A stretch of DNA of 64,000 nt. It comes from Okamejei kenojei. Lineage: Eukaryota. Position numbers and translations under genes: made by a program. Below the pieces are notes generated by a model. It was not told the origin of the DNA and ran no database searches. It saw only the letters and a program-made list of their open reading frames with translations. Each line of letters opens with the position of its first letter. Within the stretch, counting starts at the first letter, position 1. This document shows positions 1-13,300 of this stretch, one piece after another. The stretch lies in the NCBI GenBank assembly GCA_035221665.1, contig CM069148.1, positions 49,910,001-49,974,000 on the forward strand. The letters are read 5' to 3'.

Positions 1-1972
1 TAATTATACGAGGCATGGAGTAAATGAGGTGCTAGAGGAGTACAAAGAATGTAAAAAGAATCTTAAAGAAATTAGGAAGGCTAAAAGAAGATATGAGGTT
101 GCTTTGGCAAGAAAGGTGAAAGTAAATCCAAAGGTTTTCTACAGCTATATTAATAGCAAAAGGATAACGAGGGATAAAATTGGACCATTAGAGAGCCAGA
201 ATGGACAGCTATCTGCAGAGCCAAAAGAGATAGGGGAGATATTGAACAATTTATTTTCTTCGGTATTCACCAAGGAGAAGGATATTGAACTCTGTGAGGT
301 AAGGGAAAAAAGTAGAGCAGCTATGGAAACTATGAGATTCAAAGAGGAGGAAGTACTGACGCTTTTGAAAAATATAAAAGTGCATAAGTCTCCAGGTCCT
401 GACAGGATATTCCCTAGGACATTGAGGGAAGTTAGTGTAGAAATAGCAGGAGCTATGACAGAAATATTTCAAATGTCATTAGAAACTGGAACAGTGCCGG
501 AGGATTGGCGTATTGCGCATGTTGTCCCATTGTTTAAAAAAGGGTTCAAAGAATAAACCTAGCAATTATAGACCTGTTAGTTTGACGTCAGTGGTGGGCA
601 AATTAATCGAAAGGATACTTAGAGACAATATATAAGCATCTGGATAAACGGGGTCTGATCAGGAACAGTCAACATGGATTTGTGCCTGGAAGGTCATGTT
701 TGACAAACCTTCTTGAATTTTTTGAAGCGGTTACTAGGGAAATTGATGAGGGTAAAGCAGTGGATGTTGTCTATATGGATTTCAGTAAGGCCTTTGACAA
801 GGTTCCCCATGGAAGGTTGGTTAAGAAGGTTCAATCTTTGGGTGTTAATGGCAGAGTAGCAAGGTGGATTCAACAGTGGCTGAATGGGAGATGTCAGAGA
901 GTAATGGTGGATGGCTGTTTGTCAGGTTGGAAGCCGGTGACCAGTGGGGTGCCTCAGGGATCTGTGTTGGGTCCACTGTTGTTTGTCATGTACATCAATG
1001 ATCTGGATGATGGGGTGGAAAATTGGATAAGTAAGTATGCAGATGATACTAAGATAGGTGGTGATGTGGATGATGAAGTAGATTTTCAAAGTCTACAGAG
1101 GGATTTGGGCCATTTGGAAAAGTGGGCTGAAAGATGGCAGATGGAGTTTAATGCTGATAAGTGTGAAGTGCTACATCTTGGCAGCACAAATCAAAATAGG
1201 ACGTACATGGTAAATGGTAGGGAATTGAGGAATGCTGTGGAACAGAGAGATCTAAGAATAACTGTGCATAGTTCCCTGAAGGTGGAATCGCATGTAGATA
1301 GGGTGGTAAAGAAAGCCTTTGGTGTGCTGGCCTTTATAAATCAGAGCATTGAATATAGGAGTAGGGAAGTAATGTTAAAATTGTACAAGGCATTGGTAAG
1401 ACCAATTCTGGAGAATGGTGTACAATTTTGGTCGCCTAATTATAGGAAGGATGTCAACAAAATAGAGAGAGTATAGAGGAGATTTACTAGAATGTTGCCT
1501 GGGTTCCAGCAACTATGTTACAGAGAAAGGTTGAACAAGTTAGGTCTTTATTCTTTGGAGCGCAGAAGGTTAAAGGGGGGGGACTTGATTGAGGTCTTTA
1601 AAATGATGAAAGGGATAGACAGAGTTGACGTGGATACGCTTTTCCCATTGCGGGTAGGGTAGATTCAAACAAGAGGGCATGACATGAGAATTAAGGGACA
1701 GAAGTTTAGGGGTAACGTGAGGGGGAACCTCTTTACTCAGGGGATGGTGGCTGTGTGGAATGAGATTCCAGCAGAAGTGGTGGAGGCAGGATCGATTTTA
1801 ACATTTAAAAGTAAAGTGGATAGGTATATGGACGGGAAGGGAATGGATAGGTATGGTCTGAGTGCAGGTAGATGGGACTAGGGGAAAACAAATGGTCAGC
1901 ACGGACTGGAAGGGCCGAGAGGGCCTGTTTCCGTGCTGTAATTGTTATATGGTTATATGTTATATGGTTATA
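1..1972 (+). mobile_element. CR1 LINE family A, 3' part (RT with YADD, 3'UTR, (TATATGGT)n tail), inserted into CR1 family B
   Basis: ORFs 29-556 and 682-1476 have CR1 RT motifs (DFSKAFDKV, GVPQGSVLGP, YADD). 3' end gggcctgtttccgtgctgtaattgttatatggttata. Confidence 0.95.
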
Positions 1973-3660
1973 AGACACAAACAATCTCCCATATGTACTA
2001 GAGGACAGAGGATCCAAGGGGGTAGAAAAATTAAATAAATTTTCATTAGGCGAAAAATAGTATTGGGTAGTCTAATGGGACTGAAGGATGATAAATCCCC
2101 TGGACCTGATGGTCTGCATCCCAGGGTCCTCAGGTAGGTGGCTCTAGAAATAGTAGACACATTGGTGATCATTTTCCAATGTTCAATAGATTCAGGATCA
2201 GTTCCTGTGGATTGGAGGATAGCTAATGTTATCCCAATTTTCAAGAAAGGAGCGAGAGGGAAAACGGGGAATTACAGACCAGTTAGCCTGACTTCGGTGG
2301 AGTCAATAATTAAAGAGGTAATAATGGGGCATTTGGATAGCAGTAAAAGGATTAGTCCAAGTCAACATGGATTTATGAAAGGGAAATCATGCTTGACTAA
2401 TCTTCTGGAATTTTTTTGAGGATGTGACAAGTAAAATGGATGAAGGGGTGCCAGTGGATGTAGTGTATCTAGACTTTCAGAAAGCCTTTGATAAGGTCCC
2501 GCATGGGAGACTGGTGACTAAAATTAGAGCACATGGTATTGGGGGTAGGGTGTTGACATGGATAGAAAATTGGTTGGCAGACCGGAAGCAAATAGTAGGA
2601 GTGAACGGGTTCTCTTCAGAATGGCAGGCAGTGGCGAGTGGAGTGCCGCAAGGCTCGGTGTTGGGGCTGCAACTGTTTATCATATATATTAATGATTTAG
2701 AAGAGGGAATTAGGAGCAACGCTAGCAGGTTTGCGAATGTCACAAAGCTGGGTGGCAGTGTGAACTGTGAAGAGGACGTTAGGAGGTTGCAGGGTGACCT
2801 GGACAGGTTGAGTTAGTGGGCAGATGCGTGGCAGATGCAGTATAATATAGATAAATGTGAGGTTATCCACTTTGGCGGCAAAAACAAGGGAGCAGATTAT
2901 TATCTCAATGGGGTTAGGTTAGGTAAGGGGGAGGTACAGCGAGACCTGGGTGTCCTTGTATACCGGTCACTGAAAGTTGGCGTGCAGGTCCAGCAGGCAG
3001 TGAAGAAAGCTAATGGAAAGTTGACCTTCATAATAAGAGGATTTCAGTACAGGAGTAAAGAGGTTCTTCTGCAGTTGTATAGGGCTCTGGTGAGACCACA
3101 TCTGGAGTATTGTGTACTGTTTTGGTCTCCTAATTTGAGGAAGGACATCCTTGTGATTGGGATAGTGCAGCGTAGGCTCACGAGATTGATCTCTGGGATG
3201 GCGGGACTGTCATATGAGGAAAGATTGAAAAGGCTAGTCTTGTATTCACTGGAGTTTAGAAGGATGAGGGGGCATCTTATGGAAACATATAAAATTATAA
3301 AAGGAGTGGACAAGCCAGATACAAGAAAAATGTTCCCAATGTTGGGCGAGTCCAGAACCAGGGGCCACAGTGTTAGAATAAAGAGAAGGTCATTTAAGAC
3401 TGAGGTGAGAAAAAACTTGTTCACCTAGAGCGTTGTGAATTTATGGAATTCCCTGCCACAGAGGGCAGTGGAGGCCAAATCACTGGATGGATTTAAGAGA
3501 AATTGGATAGAGCTCTAGGGGCTAGTGGAGTCAAGGGATATGGGGAAAAGGCAGGCACGGGTTATTGATAGGGGATGATCAGCCACGATTACAATGAATG
3601 GTGGTGCTGGCTCGAAGGGCCGAATGGCCTCCTCCTGCACCTATGTTCTATGTTTCTATG
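1973..3660 (+). mobile_element. CR1 LINE family B, 3' part, (CTATGTTT)n tail
   Basis: RT fragments in ORFs 2138-2419, 2424-2816 and 2835-3428. 3'UTR gctcgaagggccgaatggcct followed by a microsatellite tail. Confidence 0.9.
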
Positions 3661-4198
3661 TCATGATGCAGCTCTGCAAACTTTGGTTGGGCTGTATTGC
3701 GTGCAGTTCTAGTCTCCCCATTGCAAATGTATTACTATTACTAATGTATTAGTTGTCATCAAGCAATTGAACCATCCTATTACCAACCAGAGAATGGTCC
3801 CGATTTAGTTTAGTTTAGTTTAGAAGTACAGGGTAGAAACAGGCCCTTCGGCCCATCGAGACATACACGATGAAAGGTAGGCAGTCAGAATATTTTTCCA
3901 AGGATAGAAATGTCAAAGACTGGAGGGCATAGCTTTAAGATTAGAGTGGCAAAGTTTAAAGGAGAGGTGAGGGGCATGTTTCATTTTTAAACACAGCGTG
4001 GAACACGATGCGAGGGGCGGTGGTGGAGGCAGAAACAATGGTGGTGTTTAAGAAGCTTTTAGATAGGCACATGAATATGCCGGGAATGGAGGGACATGGA
4101 GCGGAGATGAGTTTACCTTGGCATCATGACTCTGAAGACATTCAGAATGAAATCACAATATATAGACATTAATGATTAAGAAAACATTTATACTTTAC

Positions 4199-4639
4199 CT
4201 CCTACAACATCCAGTATTAAAGTCTTTGATATCGGCTGTTTCAGTGATTTATGTTGAACTTCAATGGTTAATTCAGCCCCTACATCCTTGTTAACATCTG
4301 GATATATTTCCACAATGATCGTCACACTGCAAATCCCATCTGCATTAATGTTATATTCGGGATCCAATGGTGTAAAAGATACATCAACGCAATTTGAATC
4401 CATAAGAATCATCGCTTCATTGCAACCCTCTCCGTTGATCATTCCATTTCTGTTTCCAGTAGATTTACATCTGCTGTTCCAATCTAAAATTGTATTTCTC
4501 TCTTGATCCCCCTTCCTCGTTAGGTATAAGTGAATTGTAATTTCACGAGGTCGGAATAGACACACCCTCCAAGTGATCGTTTCTTTTTCATGATGTTTCA
4601 TGGTTCGACGTCCATTGGGTCCATTGATCTCTGGAGGAA
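4199..4639 (-). CDS. Exon 5, post-transmembrane (putatively cytoplasmic) degenerate IgC1-like domain; gene continues beyond this exon
   Basis: Acceptor ctttgttttgtctag|TT, donor GGAG|gtaaag, 441 nt open, phase 1-1. VPP...TITWRVCLFRPREITI...NADGICSVT...ELTIEVQHKSL echoes the C1 motifs TCxVxGFYP, NxDGTFS and YTCxVxHxSL, with both disulfide Cys replaced (W, I). Confidence 0.8.
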
Positions 4640-4824
4640 CTAGACAAAACAAAGCAGGTAATTAAAACTTGGCAATCTAAATGTTCTTTCTGAAGATACA
4701 AATGTCTGAAGAAGGGTCTCGACCCAAAACGTCGCCTATTCCTTTTCTCCCGAGATGCTGCCTGACCCGCTGAGTAACTCCAGCATTTTGTGTCTATCTT
4801 CAGTGTGAACCAGCATCTGTTCCT

Positions 4825-5530
4825 TGGTAGACAAAAGTGCTGGAGAAACTCAGCAGGTGCAGCAGCATCTATGGAGCGAAGGAAAAATGATGCGATCCTC
4901 CTCTATAGTAGGGGAGGAGAACCCCCGTTCCCTGAAGAATGAGGACATTTCCGATGCCCTGGTGTGGAACACCTCATCCTGGGAGCAGATGGAGCATAGA
5001 TGGAGGAATTGGGAGTAGGCTATGGAGTCCCTACAGGAAGCAGGGTGGGAGGAAGAGTAGTCCAGATAGCTGTGGGAGTCAATGGGTTTATAATGGAATG
5101 TCGGTCAAAAGTCTATCACCTGCGATGGAGATAGTGAGGTCAAGAAATGGTAGGGAGTGTCGGAAATGGTCCAGGTGTATTTGAGTGCCGGATGGAAGTT
5201 AGTGATGAAGCGGATGGTCAGTTGTGTGTGGATGCAGGAGGTAGCACCAAAGCAATCATCGATGTAGCGGAGGTAGAGGTCGGGGATGGGGCCCTGGTAC
5301 GCCGCGAACAAGGACAGTTCGACGTACCCGACAAAGAGGCAGGCGTAGCTAGGGCCCATGCGTGTGCCCATAGCTACGCCTTGTATTTGGAAGAAATACA
5401 AAGGGGGGGGGGGGGGGGGGGGGGGGGGTGGAAGGGAGGGTGGCAGGGAGTGGGAGTCGATGAAGTCAGTGATGATGCTAGAGATAGTGGCCTGGTGCTC
5501 GTAGGTGGGGTCATGGTCCAGGGGTAAGTA
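4825..5530 (-). mobile_element. Penelope-like element RT fragment with adjacent PLE terminal fragment
   Basis: ORF 5105-5401 reads YFFQIQGVAMGTRMGPSYACLF...YLRYIDD, the PLE-type RT motifs QxxGxAMG and RYxDD. Confidence 0.8.
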
Positions 5531-6316
5531 GGAGGAGGTGTCCGAGAGTTGGCAACCAAAACTGCTACTTCACACCACCAGACACCCGAGTTCAATCCTG
5601 ACCTCGGGTGCTGTCTGTACGAAGTTTATACGTTCTCCCTGTGACCGCGTGGGTTTTCTCCCAGATTCCACAGACGTATAGGTTTGTGGGTTAATCGGCT
5701 TCTGTACATTGTCCCAAGTGAGAAGGAGTGAACTAGTATATGGGGCGATTACTGGTTGGCGCGGAAGGGCCTGTTTCCACACTGTATCTCTGAAATTATA
5801 ACTGAAACAAGTTATGCCCAGACGGCCATTCAAAGAGAAGCTCCAAGCCTGGCTGCCTGTCTGTATGGGTATACAATCATCACAGGGTCATCTGTGGTTG
5901 AAACTAAAAGATCACCAGCCCTCCATGTTGGGAAAATGTAACAAGAAGGAATCAAAGAATCACAAAAGCCACACAACTCCAGTACACAGCACACAGGCGG
6001 GGTTCAATGCCAACCTCCGATGTTGTCTATGTGGAGTTTGCATGTTCCCCATGTTGGGTGTTTTAGTTTCCTCCTGCACTCCAAAAAGTTAGGTTAATTA
6101 TGCCCTGTAACTTTCTGCTTGTGTGTGAGGAATATGGTCGGATCAGGTACAAGCTCATGGGAAAGTGGGCTGAATGAAATGCTATTTATGTATACGAGTG
6201 CTCGATGGTTGGCGTGGACGTTGTGGGCTGAATGGCCTGTTTCCGTGCTGTAGCTGCTATAACTCAAGGCAGACAATTACATCGCATTAAGGAACTTTCT
6301 CCATTTGTCATATTAC

Positions 6317-6430
6317 CTGGTCTCAATTTCACAAAGTAAACCCAGAGTCCAATGAAAATTAATGCGCATAGAAGTAATGCGGCAACTACAAGTCCAACAA
6401 TAGTCCCTGCTGACGAATATTCCACAGGTT
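6317..6430 (-). CDS. NCR3LG1: Exon 4, transmembrane segment of NCR3LG1/B7-H6-like protein
   Basis: Acceptor gttttacattccag|AA, donor CCAG|gtaata, 114 nt, phase 1-1. EPVEYSSAGTIVGLVVAALLLCALIFIGLWVYFVKLRP is a hydrophobic helix followed by K/R, indicating type I topology. Confidence 0.85.
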
Positions 6431-7127
6431 CTGGAATGTAAAACATTAAGAATCAGGCACACCCACAAAAACCACGCCACGTGAAATAACCTTTATTTGC
6501 AGACTCATTCATTTTTGCCAATAGTAAATAACAATACAAGTGGACAGGATTTTAAAGAGGCGACACAAGGAACTACAGATGCCAGAGTGTAGTGTAGAGC
6601 ACAGAGTGCTGGAGTAACTCAGCAGCTTCTCTGGAGAACATGGATAGGTGACGTTTCCGGTCGAGACCTTCCTTCAGTCTGATTGCAGTGGGGGAAAGAT
6701 GGAAAGAAAATGGGGGTTGGACAAAGTGATAGGTGAGGAGGGATTTTTACTGATTTGAGGATGGGTGGACAAAAGACTAGAGGTGAAAAGGAGACAAAAG
6801 ATGTCAGATAAGGAGCGAAGGGGAGGAGTGAAATGTAACATATAACAATTACAGCACGAAACTAACATGGAGGGAGGAATTTTGGTGGAAGGGGGGCGGG
6901 TGGTAAAGGGGAGCAAAATGGGAGGTGGGGGGACAGTTATTAAAAATTATTGAAACAATAATTGTGCAATTTATATCCCCTTTAATTAAAGGCCCAGGAA
7001 TTCCAATTAGTGATTCCATGACTTCTGCTGCAATCAGAAATAACTCAAGGGTTTAGAGGGCTATTCACACCTCAATTTCTGACTCGACTCACCCACAGAA
7101 GAGTCGTGTGTAATAGTTAGTTTTAGA

Positions 7128-7385
7128 TGCGGCACAGTGGCGCAGCAGTAGAGTTGTAGCCTTACAGCGCCAAAAACCCGGGATCAATCATGACTACAAA
7201 TGCAGTGTGTACGGAGTTTGTACGTTCTCCCTGTGACCTGTGTGGGTTTCTCTCGGTGCTCCAGTTTCATCCCACAATCCAAGACGTGCAGGTGTGTAAG
7301 TTAATTGGCTTTGGTAAGATTGTAAATTGTCCGTAATGGGGGTTTGGGGGGGGGGGGGCAGGGGGGGGATCGCTGGTCAGCGCAG
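7128..7385 (+). mobile_element. tRNA-derived V-SINE (HE1-like)
   Basis: Head gcggcacagtggcgcagcagtagag followed by the V-core gtttgtacgttctccctgtgacctgtgtgggtttctc. Related copies at about 5570-5790, 15190-15498(-), 35341-35612(+) and 36060-36710(+). Confidence 0.7.
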
Positions 7386-10356
7386 ATCCGAACTGGCAAT
7401 AAAATAAATTCTGCTGCTGCATTGCTGCATATTGGAAAGGAGAGATTAAGAGAATGTACATAAAAAGGGAAAAAGTGAGAAAAATATTACTCATGGCAAC
7501 TAGGCAACTGGAAAAAATAATACGTTAATGGCATATGGAAAGAACAAATTTAGAACAGTACAGCACAGGAACAGGCCCTTAGGCCCACAATGTCCATGAT
7601 GCTGAACATGATGACAAATTTAATTAATCTGCCTGTATATAATCCATATCCCTCCATTCCCTGCATATCATTGTGCTGATTTAAGCCTAGTTAATGCCAC
7701 TATGGTATCTGCCTCCACCACCATCCCTGGCAGCGTGCTCCAACAATTTCTGTGTAAAAAACTTGCTCTGCAAATCTTCTTTAATCTTTGCCCTGTTCAC
7801 CTTGAAGCTATGTCCTCGAGTCTTTGACATTTCCACTCTGGGAAAAAGGTTCTGACTTCTACACCTATCAATGCCTCTGATCATGTTAGATATTTCTATC
7901 AGGGTCTCCCAAAAGCTTGTACTGCCAGGGCCACAAAAATCTGCATGAAGTACTAGGTAGTCAGTGAAAGACCAGCACCAAACTTCCCCACCAAACCACA
8001 AATGTGCCAGGATTTTGTTCATTCTCAATGACTGAGACAGTATCTACTTGTGGTGGAATGGAGTCATACAGCATGAAATAGGCCCTTCAGCCCAACTTCG
8101 CCATGTTGACCAAGATGCCCCATCTATAGTAGTCCATCTAAGTAAGAATTTTCGGTACATGTCTATTAAACACTTGCAAGAATTTCATTGTCCTATCTGG
8201 GACACATGACAATAAACTCTGTTGACTTGACTTGACTTTTGACTCTTGACACCTAACCTTATTTACCCCATATCCTTCTAACCTCTCCAAATGTCTTTTA
8301 AATGTTGTCTCAACTACCTCCTCTGGCAGCTCCATCCATATACCCACCACCACTTTCTGAAAAAGTTATTCTCAAGTTTCCAATAACTCTTTCCCCTCTC
8401 ATCTTAAATCTTCTCGTTCTTATCTTGGTCAAAGGATAAACCCCAGTTAAAGCACTGCACATCTCAGTGAAGGATATGTATTAAGCACACACAAATATTT
8501 TCATATAGATTATTGGAAACATTTTAATAAAGTACGCTGTAAAATATCTCCAATGTTCCTATGAATAAATAACAAAATAAATTTGTCCTGCACCAGCCAC
8601 GTTGAAGCTCAGGCCAAGAAAGCACACCAATGCCTCTACTTCCTTGTACGGCTCAGAAGATCGGTATGTCCCAAACAACCCTCACAAGCTTCTACAGTTG
8701 TGACATAGAAAGCATCTTATTGGGAGACATAACATGGTTCGGGAACAGCTCCATCCAAGACAGCGAGAAATTACAGAGTTGTGTACTCAGCGCAGACCAT
8801 CGCGCAAACCAACCTCCCTTCCACTGACTCCATCTGCACTTCACGCTGCCTCGCAAGGCCACCAGCATAATCAAGGGTCTCACCCTGGCCACTCCCTCTT
8901 CTCCCCTCTTCCATCAGGCAAGAGATACAGAAGTTTAAAAGCAAAAACCTCCAGATTCTGGGACAGTTTCTTCCCAGCTGTTATCAGGCAACTGAATGTC
9001 CGTTTCATCAGCTAGATTGGGGTCCTGACCTCCCATCTACCTCATTGGAGACCTTTAAACAATCTTTAATCATAGAAACATAGAAATTAGGTGCAGGAGC
9101 AGGCCATTCGGCTTTCGAGCCTGCACCGCCATTCCATATGATCATGGCTGATCATCCAACTCAGTATCCTGTACCTGCCTTCTCTCCATACCCCCTGATC
9201 CTTTCAGCCACAAGGGCCACATCCAACTGGCCTCAACTACCTTCTGTGGCAGATGATTTCCAAAGATTCACCACTCTCTGTGTGAAAAACGATTTTCTCA
9301 TCTCGGTCCTAAAAGACTTCCCCCTTATCCTTAAACTGTGACCCCTTGTCCTGGACTTCCCCAACATCGGGAACAATCTTCCTGCATCTAGCCTGTCCAA
9401 CCCCTTAAGAATTTTGTAAGTCTCTATGAGATCACCCCTCAATCTTCTAAATTCCAGCGAGTATAAGGCGAGTCTATCCAGTCTTTCTTCATATGGAAGT
9501 TGTGCCATCCCAGGAATCAGTCTGGTGAACCTTCTCTGTACTCCCTCTATGGCAAGAATGTCTTTCCTCAGATTAGGAGATCAAAACTGTACGCAATACT
9601 CCAGGTGTGGCCTCATCAAGACCCTGTACAACTGCAGTAGAACCTCCCTGCTCTTGTACTCAAATCTTTTTGCTATGAATGCCAACATACCATTCGCTTT
9701 CTTCACAGCCTGCTGCACCTGCATGCGTACTTTCAATGACTGGTATACCATGACACCCAGGTCTCGCTGCATCTCCCCTTTTCCTAATCGGTCACCATTC
9801 AAATAATAGTCTACCTTCCTGTTTTTGCCACCAAAGTGGATAACCTCACATTTATCCACATTATATTGCATCTGCCATGCATTTGCCCACTCACCCAGTC
9901 TTGGATAAAGTCATCCTGCAGCCTCCTAGCATCCTCCTCACAGCTAACACTGCCCCCCAGCTTCATGTCATCCGCAAATTTCGAGATGTTGCATTTAATT
10001 CCCTCGTCCAAATCATTAATGTATATTGTAAATAGCTGGGGTCCTAGCACTGAGCCTTGCGGCACCCCACTAGTCACTGTCTGCCATCCTGAAAAGGACC
10101 CGGTCACTCCTACGCTTTGCTTCCTTTCTGCCAGCCAGTTCTCTATCCACATCAATACTGAACCACCAATACCGTGTGCTTTATGTTTGTATACCAATCT
10201 CTTGTGTGGGACCTTGTCGAAAGCCTTTTGAAAATCTAGATATAACACATCCACTGCTTCTCCCTTATCCACTCTTCCAGTTACATCCTCAAAAAATTGA
10301 ATAAGATTCGTCAGACTTGATTTACCCTATGTAAATCCATGCTGACTTTGTCCAAT

Positions 10357-13300
10357 AACCATATAACCATATAACAATTACAGCACGGAAACAGGCCCTC
10401 TCGGCCCTTCCAGTCCGTGCCGACCATTTGTTTTCCCCTAGTCCCATCTACCTGCACTCAGACCATACCTCTCCATTCCCTTCACGTCCATATACCTATC
10501 CACTTTACTCTTAAATGTTAAAATCGATCCTGCCTCCACCACTTCTGCTGGAAGCTGATTCCACACAGCCACCACCCTCTGAGTAAAGAAGTTCCCCCTC
10601 ACGTTACCCCGAAACCTCTGTCCCTTAATTCTCATGTCATGCCCTCTTGTTTGAATCTTCCCTACCCTCAATGGGAAAAACGTATCCACGTCAACTCTGT
10701 CTATCCCTTTCATCAACTCTGTCTATCCCTTTCATCATTACCCTCAATCAAGTCCCCCCTTAACCTTCTGCGCTCCAAAGAATAAAGACCTAACTTGTTC
10801 AACCTTTCTCTGTAACAAAGTTGCTGAAACCCTGGCAACATTCTAGTAAATCTCCTCTGTACTCTCTCTATTTTGTTGACATCCTTCCTATAACTAGGCG
10901 ACCAAAACTGTACACCATACTCCAGAATTGGTCTTACCAATGCCTTGTACAATTTTAACATTACTTCCCTACTCCTATATTCAATGCTCTGATTTATAAA
11001 GGCCAGCACACCAAAGGCTTTCTTTACCACCCTATCTACATGCGATTCCACCTTCAGGGAACTATGCACAGTTATTCCTAGATCCCTCTGTTCCACAGCA
11101 TTCCTCAATTCCCTACCATTTACCATGTACGTCCTATTTTGATTTGTCCTGCCAAGATGTAGAACTTCACACTTCTCAGCATTAAACTCCATCTGCCATC
11201 TTTCAGCCCACTTTTCCAAATGGCCCAAATCTCTCTGTAGACTTTGAAAATCTACTTCATTATCCACAACACCACCTATCTTAGTATCATCTGCATACTT
11301 ACTTATCCAATTTTCCACCCCATCATCCAGATCATTGATGTACATGACAAACAACAGTGGACCCAACACAGATCCCTGAGGCACCCCACTGGTCACCGGC
11401 TTCCAACCTGACAAACAGCCATCCACCATTACTCTCTGACATCTCCCATTCAGCCACTGTTGAATCCATCTTGCTACTCCGCCATTAACACCCAAAGATT
11501 GAACCTTCTGAACCAACCTTCCATGGGGAACCTTGTCAAAGGCCTTACTGAAATCCATATAGACAACATCCACTGCTTTACCCTCATCAATTTCCCTGGT
11601 TACCGCTTCAAAATATTCAAGAAGGTTTGTCAAACATGACCTTCCAGGCACAAATCCATGTTGACTGTTCCTGATCAGACCCTGTTTATCCAGATGCTTA
11701 TATATATTATCTCTAAGTATCCTTTCGATTAATTTGCCCACCACTGACGTCAAAATAATAGGTCTATAATTGCTAGGTTTATTCTTTGAACCCTTTTTAA
11801 ACAATGGAACAACATGCGCAGTACGCCAATCCTCCGGCACTATTCCCGTTTCTAATGACATTTGAAATATTTCTGTCATAGCTCCTGCTATTTCTACACT
11901 AACTTCCCTCAATGTCCTAGGGAATATCCTGTCAGGACCTGGAGACTTATCCACTTTTATATTTTTCAAAAGTGTCAGTACTTCCTCCTCTTTGAATCTC
12001 ATAGTTTCCATAGCTACTCTACTCTTTCCCCTTAACTCACCGAGTTCAATATCCTTCTCCTTGGTGAATACCGAAGAAAATAAATTGTTCAATATCTCCC
12101 CCATCTCTTTTGGCTCTGCAGATAGCTGTCCATTCTGGTTCTCTAATGGTCCAATTTTATCCCTCGTTATCCTTTTGCTATTAATATAGCTGTAGAAACC
12201 CTTTGGGTTTACTTTCACCTTTCTTGCCAAAGCAACCTCATATCTTCTTTTAGCCTTCCTAATTTCTTTCTTAAGATTCTTCTTACATTCTTTATACTCC
12301 TCTAGCACCTCATTTACTCCATGCCTCCTATAATAATTGTAGATATCTCTCTTTTTTCGAAACAAGTGTCCAATTTCCCTTGAAAACCATGGCTCTTTCC
12401 AATTTTTACTATTTCCTTTCAACCTAACAGGGACATAAAGATTCTGTACTCTTACAATTTCCCCTTTAAATGTCCTCCATTTCTCTTCTGCATCCTTCCC
12501 ATGAAACAAAGTGTCCCAATTCACTCCTTTAAAATCCTTACGCATTCCCTCAAAGTTAGCTTTTCTCCAATCAAAAATCTCCACCCTAGGTCCAGTTCTG
12601 ACTCTCTCCATAATTATATTGAAACTAATGGTATTGAGATCACTGGTCCCGAAGTGCTCACCAACGCATACCTCCGTCACCTGCCCTGCCTCATTTCCTA
12701 ACAGGAGGTCCAGCACTGCCCCTTCTCTGGTCGATACCTCTATGTACTGCTGCAAAAAACTATCCTGCACACATTTTACAAACTCCAAACCATCCAGCCC
12801 ATTTACAGAATGTGTTTCCCAGTCTATTTTTGGAAAATTGAAATCTCCCACAATCACTACCTTGTGCTTACTACTAATATCTACTATCTCCTTACATATT
12901 TGCTCTTCCAATTCACGCTCCCCATTTGGCGGTCTATAATACATCCCTAAAAGTGTTGCTACACCGTTCCCACTTCTCAGTTCCACCCAAATAGCCTCCT
13001 AGACGAGCCCTCTAATCTATCCTGCCAAAGCACTGCTGTAATATCTTCTCTGACAAGCAATGCAACACCTCCCCCTCTGGTCCCTCCAATTCTATCACAC
13101 CTGAAGCAACGAAATCCTGGAATATTTAGTTTCCAATCACAGCCCTCCTGCAACCATGTTTCACTGATTGCCACAACATCATATTTCCAGGTGTCAATCC
13201 AGGCTCTAAGTTCGTCCACCTTACTTACAATGCTCCTAGCATTAAAATATACACATTTTAGAAACCCACCATCCCTTATTCTCGGTCTATTATCTTTGTC

